A stretch of DNA of 64,000 bases, taken from positions 987,996 to 1,051,995 of the forward strand of contig NW_003314309.1 in the NCBI RefSeq assembly GCF_000143415.4, read 5' to 3'. Positions 12,852 through 24,455 of the stretch are shown piece after piece. Position 1 is the stretch's first letter; every line of letters begins with the position of its first letter. Source of the stretch: Selaginella moellendorffii. Taxonomy: Eukaryota; Plantae; Lycopodiophyta. Made by a program: the position numbers and the translations under genes. The notes below the pieces were generated by a model. It saw only the letters and a list, made by a program, of their open reading frames with translations. It was not told the origin of the DNA and did no database searches.

Positions 12852-13506
12852 TCTCTCCCCTTAAGCCAACTGGAAAAGGGGCAATTACTTGATAAGAGAG
12901 CCCTTAGTAGCTATTTTATCCCCATTTATCCCCTAAAGTTCCAAGGATCCACGGTGACAGTATATCTAAATCTCATCCCATGATCACATGCGCTACAATC
13001 TTTCCATTGTGTAGACTAGTTATTCCATATGAGGCAACTAGTCATCTACTTGTACCGCAGTCCCACGGTGGATACCTTCGTCCGTGGATACTCCACACAA
13101 GAGAACATTGTGTAGACTAGTTATTCCATATGAGGCAACTAGTCATCTACTTGTACCGCAGTCCCACGGTGGATACCTTCGTCCGTGGATACTCCACACA
13201 AGAGAAAGGATGTACGCATGGATGCCCAATACATACAGTTTCAAATTTAAAGGTAGGAATATACCTTGCTCAAGGGTATATTATATTTTTAAGTAACCAC
13301 TAATCAATGGGAATCGAACCCGTGCTATTTGCTCTGATACGAACTGTAGCACACCTTATCTCTCTCCCCTTAAGCCAACTGGAAAAGGGGCAATTGCTTG
13401 ATGAGAGAGCCTTTAGTAGTTATTTTATCCCCATTTATTCCCTAAGGTTCCAAAGATCCACAGTGACAGTATATCTAAATCTCATCCCATGATCACATGC
13501 GCTAAA
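12852..13506 (-). mobile_element. TRIM (non-autonomous LTR element), 3' LTR slightly truncated
   Basis: LTRs 13345-13506 and 12852-12997; iMet-type PBS on the minus strand at 13331-13342; internal 101-bp tandem duplication at 13005-13105 and 13106-13206. Confidence 0.85.
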
Positions 13507-13742
13507 AAGCTGGTATCACATCTTTGGTTAGTTTCTTTTCGTCAGAAATCTCCAAGCAAAGGCAAAGGATCAAAGTTGGAAGTGAAGCCTCTCCCTAAGC
13601 TACAAAGCACTAAAAAAAGAAAGAACTAAAAGCATCCCACTAAGTCACTTCTACAATGGATTTTTGGCTTGGAGCATATGTTCTCTAATGGCTCTGGCTA
13701 ACATTCTTTCTACCCCTCCTCCCCCTCCCCCCCCCCCCCCCC

Positions 13743-14219
13743 NNNNNNNNNNNNNNNNNNNNNNNNNNNNNNNNNNNNNNNNNNNNNNNNNNNNNNNNNN
13801 NNNNNNNNNNNNNNNNNNNNNNNNNNNNNNNNNNNNNNNNNNNNNNNNNNNNNNNNNNNNNNNNNNNNNNNNNNNNNNNNNNNNNNNNNNNNNNNNNNNN
13901 NNNNNNNNNNNNNNNNNNNNNNNNNNNNNNNNNNNNNNNNNNNNNNNNNNNNNNNNNNNNNNNNNNNNNNNNNNNNNNNNNNNNNNNNNNNNNNNNNNNN
14001 NNNNNNNNNNNNNNNNNNNNNNNNNNNNNNNNNNNNNNNNNNNNNNNNNNNNNNNNNNNNNNNNNNNNNNNNNNNNNNNNNNNNNNNNNNNNNNNNNNNN
14101 NNNNNNNNNNNNNNNNNNNNNNNNNNNNNNNNNNNNNNNNNNNNNNNNNNNNNNNNNNNNNNNNNNNNNNNNNNNNNNNNNNNNNNNNNNNNNNNNNNNN
14201 NNNNNNNNNNNNNNNNNNN
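13743..14219. other. Assembly gap (N run); second gap at 48987-49086
   Basis: Runs of N in the sequence. Confidence 1.
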
Positions 14220-14699
14220 TGAAAAGTTTTAAAGCCCACGAAAGAAATTTTCACTGCATGCATGAAAAAGAAAGAGTGCATGCCATGAGATAGAGGTCTA
14301 GTCACAATAAGGCAATGATCTAGAGCAAGAGCTAATGTGATATTTGGCACAACAAAAGTAGATTGATAGGCTGAAATTGGCTTGGACCCAAGACTATAAA
14401 AAGTTCTAAGAGTTTTAAAGGACCGCAATCTAGAGCAGAAGTAATTGAAAAAAAGGGGAGTTCCACTTGAATTAAAAGGCCAAACTTGCTGGTCTAAAGA
14501 ACACTCAAGAACAGAAGTGAAAAACTCTAAGCAAAATCATGATGTTCAAAGGCAAAAAACTGTTGCTCTTGATAGCTAGGATGTGATCGAGTAGAGAGGA
14601 GGGGATAGAAGGGAAAGTAGACATATGGCAGAACAAGATGGGAAGGATGGATTGGAGCAAGAATCTTGAGGCAACGGTCAGGAGACGGAGAAATGGTCA

Positions 14700-16689
14700 T
14701 CCTAGCGAATTGACACTAAATCTAGTAGAATTAAGAAATGTAGTAGGCATGGGAAATCCAAGGAATAATTTGTAGGGAATAAATGCAAATATCTTGGTAA
14801 ATTAGTGAAAGGATGTGGAAAGAGAAGATCACATAATCATTCAGCACATGGGCATTAAAAAGGTTGGACTTATCACTGTCAAAAAAGAGGGAAAGAAAGA
14901 TGGAATGACATATAGAGGTGTATGGGAAAAGATGTGCATGAAATCTAAGGAAGGGACATGTGATGGGGTGGCATCCAAGGAGAAGTTGAGGAATTTGATA
15001 AACTCATCATGTCAATTGACAATATGGATGGAAAAGGGAGGAGAAAAACATGGTAAAAATGTCATTAAATTAGGAAACAACATGTGGCATCCAAAGTCAG
15101 CACTATTTAAAAGGGACTTGTCAATTTGGAGGGCTTTATTTTCGGTAGTAGATAAGAGATAGCAAAAAGACAAAAAAAAGGGCATGAGCAAGAGTGAAGC
15201 AAAGGTAAGAGAGTAGAGGCAATCCCCACAATGAGTGAAGATCGAGGGCAACCAAAGGGAGCAGATTGGGGAAAGAACACTAGGGGAAAAAGCACAATAA
15301 GAACAAGAGGGGGAGGATCAATAGAGGGAAGTGTTAAGAGGACAAAAAGAAGGTGAAGGATGGGAGAGCAAACAAGAGGTATAGAGTGAGTTGAGGGAAA
15401 GTGAAGACAAAAAGATGCCACAAACAAGGACTATATAGTGGATGAGCACAGTAGGAGGGAGGGCTAGGGAGTGTAGTTGTTGGGCTTGCCGAAAGTTCTT
15501 GACCCAAAAGAAGCATTGGTAGGAGAAGTATCATTGGTTAATATAGAGAATAAAGAGCAAATAGAGTCAAGTGAAGATGAAGGAGTGCCCAAGAGTTACT
15601 ACATAATCAAATTTCTAGGGAAGGGAGAGGAAAATGTAGCAACAAAGGGGAAAAAGAAAATAGTAGAAAGGATGCAAAGGTAGCATCTCCAACAGGGATC
15701 AAGTGGAGAGTCAAGCAAAACTACCTATTGGACAAAGGCCCTCTATGTTTCAAAGCAATTTAGAAAGCAAACAAAAAGAATGAACATGAGGCCAAGCATT
15801 TAATAGAGGAGGAAACAAAACAGATGTTGGAAGAGGAAGCATGCAAAACAAAAGAAAAGGTAAGTGAGGTAACATGGGAAGAGGTGGTTAGACAAGATGG
15901 GCTGAGTAAAATGGATACAATGGCACGAACATATGAAGCACTAATTGGGTAAGGGATGTTCAAAAGTTTAAGGGAAGAAAAGGGAAAAGGAAAGTGGGAA
16001 GAGGAGAAAACGAGTGAGGTATCGTCATCAAAAAGGGTCTAGGAAGAGGCTATTCCAGAGGTTGTGATATCCCCCAAAAGGAAAAAAGGGCTAAAGATAA
16101 AATATCCCAATGTGATGCAAAATACTTGAAAATGTCAGTGTGCCCAAATGCACCCATAGTCCCATTTAGACCCCTCTAGTAAAGATTGAGGAGATAATGC
16201 CGCCAAAGAAGCCAATGAGAATGCCACATAAGCTAGCAAATGATGTGTTAGAAGTGGACCATAGAAGAGCTAAACAAACTACAAGCGAGAAGAGCCAAAG
16301 AAACCATTCATGTGGTAGTTGAAGCAACGGTTCTGGTAGGGTTTGTGATAGTGGATTGGATATGTGTAACACTAGCATATCATGACGTGATAGCCACTAT
16401 AGTAGCTGAGAATGTGAAAGACTTTGGGGAAAAATGCTACAACATGGTCATCAAGGATGAGAGAGCACGACACAAACTCTTGCAAGTGGATGCATATGCA
16501 TAACTGAAGTTTTAGCTTTTTTTTAGAGCGTACCACAACTTCACACCTCAAAAGAAGTGGATGTTGCTCTTGTCATCAGTGATTATCAATTTTGAGCTTC
16601 AAAGAATGGATGTGGCACTAGCAGAGGATAAGATACTAATAGCAATACTTCGGTAATACATTCATAAGGATGGAAGGAATGCCAATAGG
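14700..16689 (+). mobile_element. Degenerate L1-type LINE, 5' part/ORF1 remnant (left boundary uncertain)
   Basis: Purine-rich decayed coding sequence. Removing the MULE restores ...MEGMPIGDRVIVKVR..., continuing at 39781 into a CCHC knuckle. Confidence 0.55.
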
Positions 16690-17333
16690 GAGCGTGGACC
16701 ATATTTGAGCTCACAAGCTGAAGAGTTGAGCTGAAGAGTTGAGCTCAATTTTCAATTGTAATTTAGTACAAACATTATAAACTTTAAAATTTTAAAGTTA
16801 TGGCGAACTTAATAATTTCATAACTCTCTATATATTATATAGATAAAAATGTTCTAAAGGACACTTCTTGTTCTAATAATTTAAATATTTACTACATGCA
16901 ATAATAGAGACGTTTGTTAGAATATAAAATAAAATGTTTGCAAAAAGAGTATTCTTGTCACTTCTTTAAATTTGTACTTTGTGCTTTCTAGCTAGTAAAT
17001 ATCAGGTTTGTCAGAATTTTAAAATTATTAAATTTGAATTAAGATTCTATATAAGGCCATATAACCATTTGAAAGGAAAAAAAAACAACTGTGATGGTAC
17101 ATATGCTCTCACAATACATTGTAACATCATACATCCGAAAGACTATCACGAAATATTTTTTGAGAAGGTAAAGACAAAAATGGAGACTCACAAATACTAT
17201 GGGTAGTATTCCGAAAAGAACCTCACAAGTATATGAAATGAAAAGTGAAATAATAAAATATTTTTATTAATTATATAAGGTATAATTAGTTTATATTATT
17301 GATAGAGAATAAACATCGATAGTGCTGGAAAAT

Positions 17334-20021
17334 CTAATTAGATCCAAAAATTTTCTGCAACTCGGCAATAGTAAGGCTTGCTTGGTGTATATGAATATCC
17401 ACTTTAGGATCCTGGTGCAAGATGTTGATGAAGATGTAGTACATATGCTTGCAAGGAGCATATGCCTTCCCATGTTCCTCGCACTTCGTAAAGTCTGGAC
17501 ATGTGCAAGAAGGAAAGTCTTGAATGGCAATTGTGTACTCTCCACCTTCTGTTTTGACTATGTACTCCTTTGCGAGCGCAGTGATGTACTTCGTGGAGAG
17601 AATCTCACACTCAAGTGTTTGAGCCAAGTTTATTTTACCTTGCTTCTACTTGGAGATGGTACCAATAAATTTAACTGCCTTACCTTTTCGTGTTAGCCTC
17701 CTGTGCATCTTTGTAGGAATAGTCTTAGTTCTGTCACTCATATCTCCAACTCTCTTCTCAAGATTGAAACCAGATTTCTCAAGGTTTTCAATCTCATCCG
17801 AGGTGAGCGCAACCCCATTAGCAACCGGCCATTCTTTAGGTATTGCATCAGGTTTAGTCACTATAGTGTCTTCAAGCCGTTTTGTATGGTTGACATCAGA
17901 GTTGCAATAATATAACCAACACCATCTTGAAAATCCTGCTTGCTTTCGTTCCCCATAGAAACATGGGGCTGGAACAGAAGTAGACTTATCACCACGGATC
18001 CAAGCCCAACACTTGCCCCTTGGAAGCATCCCCACACACTTTACATTTGATTTCACTGGCACTCGACGGATTGCCCATTGCTTCGGCTCCACACTACGAT
18101 AACCAATTTCAACCTGTTGTGATGCACTTTCTTCATCAGCCACTTGAGGTGGTTCGGTTCTGGGGTGATGTCTTGGAGCAGAATGATACTCAACATCAGG
18201 CCTGTGAGAGCTTTTTGCTCCAAGATCCGTGCCAACATCTTCACCAGCAAAGGAAAATCAACGCTTTGAGTGGACGGTCTTCATATCACTAATAGAAGCC
18301 TGAGAAGTGTACTCCATAGATGTGCCGCAGACCACTTCCTCCACTGCAGTTGCCATTGTTCGTGCTGGTGGAGTCACTTTCTTCTTCATCCGATCGTGTA
18401 ACATCTCAACTGAAGATCCTGTTCCCATGTATCTTCCTTCCTCAAATGCCAAGGCTTTTGAAGACTGCTCTATAACGCATATCAAATCTGATAGACATGC
18501 TTCATATAGACTCATCTTCCCTTTCCCTGCCTCACAGGAACGCCAGCTCCAATGTTTACTCTCTGAGAGATTCACAGTTGGGATGTATGCAAGATCCTCA
18601 AGTGGTTGATCCTTATAAAAAAATGATATTAAAAAGCAATAAAAAGAGAGGAAAAAAAGAAAAACCAACCTGAAAAGAGTGATATCCCCATTGGAACATT
18701 CTAACTTCCCACCACCCCAACCATGACTCAAGTTGTGGTAGACAACTTACGTCAGTATGGCCATCTTCATGCCACCACATTCAGATCTCATTTGCTTTTG
18801 CCTCATGCTCTTTTTCAGAAGGTGCAGCTTGCCATTGTTTGCACAACTCCTTAAATGTTAATTGGAAATCTGGCTTGATAAGGTGGCAGTGTTGGTTTAG
18901 GCTCTGAGCCCAATGGAACTCACAAGTCCTCTCATGACCTTCTAGGGGTAGACCATTCCCAAAGACTGCCCGGACACCATTCCAATTAGCCCCAGCCCCA
19001 TCTGCCATGAAACTGCGAAAGTTGGCAGGCTTACTAGTCCGCTTCAATACAATGTCGGAGAGGGACTTCCAAAATATTTCTTGAGCCATTTGGTCTTGTA
19101 CTTTAAACTCTGCCATTGCAATTGTCAAGTTACAACGTAGCCTGTGAAAAGTGCAATGTTTAAAACCATTTTAAGATAATGAGAAAAAAAACTACCTCGG
19201 ATCATACATATCAGCTCCCATGGTTGTCCAACCCACCACCCGCTCCATATGGTTAAAATGTACCCATGCATTAGCAAGGTCACTCGACCCAGACATATCC
19301 ATTCGGGAAACAAGATCCACACCAGAGGCAGGGCCCATGGTAGACATTTTGAAAACAAAGGGGCGCTCTTGCTCACTAACGACTTGATCTGGAAATAAAC
19401 TCTCATGGATAAACTCATAGGGACAAGTTCGTTTTAGTTCAAGGATTGAGTCGATTTTTTATTGGAGTTTCCCCTCTTGAGATTCACACATCCAAAATTT
19501 TATCCTAAATAAAACAAAATGTAAGAGAGATATTATTGAAAAGTATGTAATAATATTTTCATACCTGAGGCTAGTTGCAGGTTGCACATGTCGTAGTAAC
19601 TCCCGCAAGCTAGCCTCATCCAGTTGAGTATTCTTGTAGTCCGGATCAAGTAAAGTATTTGCGATAAAATCCTTGAGCACTGTCTTTTGAACATGCTTCG
19701 GAGTTGCAAATGAATTTCTCACAGTCTCTATCTACACTGCATCTTTGAAATGGTTGACTGAACTCCTTTGTATCCCTTCCTGCATTGGATGTGTATGCGT
19801 GCCAATATGTACTGCAGCTCTATCAACCTCTCCATCCCGTGGAAGAAAATAGTACATCTTGGCCCTGCAAATGGCATGACACAATGGAGCATTCTTGCAA
19901 AACCGACACTTGAATCCAACACCAATAGTGTCATAGAGGGGAGGATTGGTTGCAGATCCTTCAAAAAATATAGAGTTTTTACCGCGCTCTTGATTGCATG
20001 CTTTATTCACACAATCCAAAT
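17334..20021 (-). pseudogene. MULE transposase, C-terminal part (DDE core + SWIM zinc finger), multi-exon with stops
   Basis: FMADGAGANWNGVRAVFG...HERTCEFHW (MULE D and CxxH motifs), NLSESKH (E), FPSCTCPDF...PCKHMYY (SWIM), and a Cys/His-rich region upstream. Confidence 0.85.
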
Positions 20022-20682
20022 ATGCTCTATTTCGTTAAAGTGGGATTTATTCAGTAAAATGGGACTAGGTACAAATTTTCAAGTATTTGAAAATGACGTG
20101 AAATTATATGTTTTTTGTCCAGGGGCTAGACATATCTGGGGCATGGTGACTAGCGCGGTGACTTTGTGTCCAGATTGAGTCCATCTGGTTGTATAATAAA
20201 TCTCATTGTCAAGGTGAACAAGCCGAATCTGAAGCTAAAGAAGAGCGATGGCATGCGCGCACACACTATTTGTTTGTTCATTGAGCGTGTGGTGAGCTTT
20301 CCAAGATGAACGTCATTCCTATTAGCCAGACATATAACTTAATGGTGAGAACATTTAGATATTATTCAATGTTATCTTTTTCTAACGAATCTAATTGTGA
20401 AGGTGTAGCAAGAGGCATTGCTAGTTTGGAGAAGTCATTTAACTCATTTGACCCTTAGTGTATTTTCATGAAACTAAATAACATTCATATTATTAAGGAA
20501 TTTCTCTAGTACCTTTTTTTTATGACATAGAGGCTTGCATTTCTTTCAAAGGTGATTTAGTAAAAGGCCTGAGGGCACATGCCATTCTATTTCTCAGACC
20601 GGTATTAAGATATACTAGTATCAAAGGGAAAAAGGTATTTGGTGATCAAGTAAATGGCATGAGGGCACACGCCATTATAAGC

Positions 20683-20955
20683 CTAAGCGCTAGTGGACAC
20701 CTCCTTTTTGGTACTCTCAGCGGTACTATCATCTTTTTCCGGGTCAGTTGTTTTGCTTTGGATTGTTGTCTCTGACGTTACTGGGGCGTTCTCGATAGTT
20801 GTTAATGTTGCCGTTTGTTCAGAAAAATGATCACCTGGAGTATAGTACGGGGAGTTTGGAAGACTTATATATTCTACATCTTCACCTATCTCCTTCTCCG
20901 TCTCCTTTTCTGCCTCATTTACAGATTTTGTGCTTGCCATGAGAACGCTCTTCAC
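20683..20955 (-). other. Exon of unknown function in Sola1, homologous to 39136-39386 in the MULE
   Basis: Translates KSV...EDVEYISLPNSPYYTPG...TIENAPVTSETTIQSK...DSTAESTKK, preceded by a TTTTAG acceptor. Confidence 0.6.
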
Positions 20956-21653
20956 CCTAAAATATGGAGTTCGTTGTGTTATAAAAGGAAACTAACACAC
21001 ACGCTGCAAGGGAATGATGGTACATAAAGCACGTAAGCCCACAATATGGGTTTATGTGCCATTAATATGGGCCACACGCCATATTATTAGATTTATGCAC
21101 GTGTGATTGGTAAATGCATATGTCACATCATCTTTGTTTTACCTCACACACTATATCAGGCCTAATGAACCATATCACATGTGCGCACATGCTATATATA
21201 TGGAGAAGTATTATGCAAGGATAGAAAAATTCAATGCATGATTGTGGAGAGCAATGGCATGAAGCCACATGCTAAATAACATTTTAGAGAAAGAATTAAA
21301 ATAGAAACATACAAACAGTACTGAGTGGACCAAGACTTAGAAGTGCACAATTGAATGAGGTATTTCTAATAAATATTTCACTCACCTCATATAGGAATGG
21401 CTACCACTCTCAAATGGCGTATCGCCTCATGCCATCACCTCGCAATTTGTTATAACAATCCAATGAATTTATATTCGGCTTGTTCACCTTGAACTTTAAG
21501 TAAGATTTGCTAGAACAACTAAGAATTTATACTTGTTATTTGTATCATCTCACCTAGGAATGGCGTAAGGCCACATGCCATCACGCCTCCTCTGATTCAG
21601 ATTCGGATTGTTCACCTTGAAATAAAATACATTAGAAACTTAGTAAAGGAATA

Positions 21654-24455
21654 TTAATGAATCTCACCTTGAACCCGGGTTATGAATGCTCTTGCTGCAT
21701 CTCTTGCATGGTCTGGAAGCATCCAACCATGCACAACATTATCCACCGATATGCTCATGCTGGGATCCCTTGGATTCAGCACCCATCTCTTTTCTAGGCA
21801 ATCCTTCGTATATCCGGAACTTGGCTTAAACCACTCCGCAGTTACATTGAAAGAGTTAGTTTCTGCGTCCTCCTCTGCATCAGTGATGCAGTGCCCCACC
21901 CATATCATTTGTTTTTTATTACTGGGTCTGACAAGCACGACCATTCCTTTGCAGACCTGTACTGGATTAAATGCTGAATCCGGCTTCTTGTTCCTCGGCC
22001 CACAATAGTGATCCTCAACATCGTTATCTGTCACTGCATTTCCAGAGGACATTGTTCCGCTACTATCTGGTGCTCTGGGTTCTAGCCAAAAGGACTCTTC
22101 CAATTCCTCATATACAACTGGCCCATTTTGGATAGTAGATATAATCTTCTCCCAGTATTCGATCAAAGGTTTGCACCTCTGAAAATAGGATTCTCCACCA
22201 AACACCAACCCCCTCTTCCAGAAGGCAATATGCTGTCTAATCCCAGCCACTATACTTTCCTGGTCTTTGAGTCCATCCGGGTGCATCGGCCGTGGGGAAC
22301 CCTGAGTAATAATAGGTTCCCCAATTATGGGATCTCTCTTGAAGAGTTCAATGCCGTCCACTGGCAGCCACACTGTGTCCCATTCTCTCATCTTGTACCT
22401 CATCACTGGAGCACCATCACGCATGCTGAAATGAAACTGAAGAGGCTTGGAGTGGCCAATCAGCGTTTCGGATCCGTCCCTGATGTAGCCTCTTACAAAC
22501 CCCTTAAAGTCTGGAACCTCTGTCACAAGTGCAGCTTCAACAGTGCCTTTGATGCAATTTTGGAATTCATCGTAGAGTTGTGGGAGGGTGAGGACATTGG
22601 ATCGCCGGAGGGACTCTGCTAGGTGACTGAACATGGCATCGACGTCTTCATGAGTGTGCCCAACCATGAGAAAGCCAAGTGTAACCGTTTCAAATATGCC
22701 TTTGGCAACAAGCATCGCCAAGTACGCGAAGACGTACATGTTTTTGTTCTCACTGCTAGCATTGTCTGTTTGGAGCAGAAGATGGGGTGGAAGGCCATAT
22801 CGGCCGCAAGAACTTCCTTGAGATTCTGCTTCGTTTGGATGAGGCTGTGCATTCACCGGGCGACCAGCCTCGTCGGAATGGCATGAGGCCTCACGTGATA
22901 ACCCTACAATCTGACGGCCAACATATTCACTGGGATGGCATGAGGCCCCACGCGATACTGCAAGCCTTTGCTCCTCCTCTAGCTGAACCCTGTATGGGGT
23001 TCGATCGACAAGGGCCTTATGCAAGGGTTGGCCGTTTAGCTCAGTCTGCGCACTTTGCAGAGACCTTAAGTGTTTTGCTAGGGACGCAATCATCATGTTT
23101 GCACCCCCGACAACCCATAGAGGTACAAAGAAGTTCCCATAGTTCTGGGCACCATGCCCATGAGCGATTATGCCAAACAGAGACACAGGCAGCTGCATGG
23201 ATGAAGAGATTGCCTTGGGGGCAGGATTGAGTCGAGGTAAGCACGTCTTTTTCTGGTCCATTTTGTCGTGGATGATGCAGAGGTAAGAGTCAAGTCTCTC
23301 TATGGAGAGAATCCTGTTATGATAATATGCAGTCCTGCAGCTTCTCTGCTCGATGTTGTGGTCGAGCTACCTTCTAACCAACGTCTCTCGCTCTTGAGCG
23401 ATGCAAGAATTCTTCGACAAAGCCATTTTGATAGCAATGCACTCGTCACACTTTGAAAAGCTGGAGTACTTTCCTATACTCACATCCCTGAACCTGTTTC
23501 TCCACAATCTACTAAATCTAGATTGGCTCAGCTTCCTGTAGCCATTACTCTGGAGTTCCCGATTCACATCTTCCAATATGGCCAACTTGGTATACATGGA
23601 AGGGAGAACTCGTTGGGTGTCTCGAGTTCCATCTTCCAAGAGGCGGGTTTTATGTGGTTGCTGCTCGGTACATGTCTCGACAAACCTCTTGAAGATTGCC
23701 TCTCCATATACAACATGACCCCTGGTTTTGTGAGTACCGTCGTTCCCATGGACTGCCTGTTGAACCCTTTGTTCCTCGAACTCAGTTTTGATTCTGTAGA
23801 ATGTGGTTCGAGGGACTCCATAAATGATTCTCCATGCCTTCATGCAGACCAAACCCCTCTGGAAGACCATGCCCCCCACCTGATGTTTTGAAGCATCAAC
23901 AGATGACCGTAATGCCTCATACACAAAATTGCGAGCTGCCTTCCAGGACAATGTCTTGTATCTTGCTCTCTCCTCTTCAATAGCATCCCAATCAGCATGT
24001 TGACAGCACCTCCTCTTGCAACAAGCAACTATCGAGACCATTCAAACCTCCATCGCCATTTTCTGCCTTTTCGGTTCGTTGCTCAGATCCCTTTGGCTGC
24101 GCTTTAGGAAGGTGTAATTTCTTTTCCCATGAAGAGATGTTCTGTCATCAGTTGTAGTGGTGTTTGATTGTGAATCCTTCACATTCTCAAACACTAAGTG
24201 CCTCAATTTCCACCGCACAATGCTTCCAATAGTCAGACTGTTTTCTTCTGTGTCAACAACCTCTAAAATCGCAACTCCAATATCATCCCAGCCCAATTCT
24301 TGATTAGCAACCGCATCTCTTGGATCGACAACTGTGGCTAAGCCCTCAGCTACCACCTCCCCCTCGGGGTTGTTTAGAAACACCTTTGCCTGAATCCATG
24401 TAGCACGGTTCTTAAGATCCACGGAGGGAACATGCGTCACACTTGCGGAGGCCAT
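21654..24455 (-). pseudogene. Sola1-like DDD transposase (~930 codons, two in-frame stops)
   Basis: ORFs 24042-24455, 23367-24041 and 21654-23261 are one reading frame. Motifs: IIHDKMDQKK, LLQTDNASSENKN, FLMVGHTHEDVDAMFS, and FSKCDEC. Confidence 0.85.

Noticed and set aside
13664-14428. ORFs spanning N runs (also 48912-49311)
   Set aside because: Artefacts of assembly gaps.
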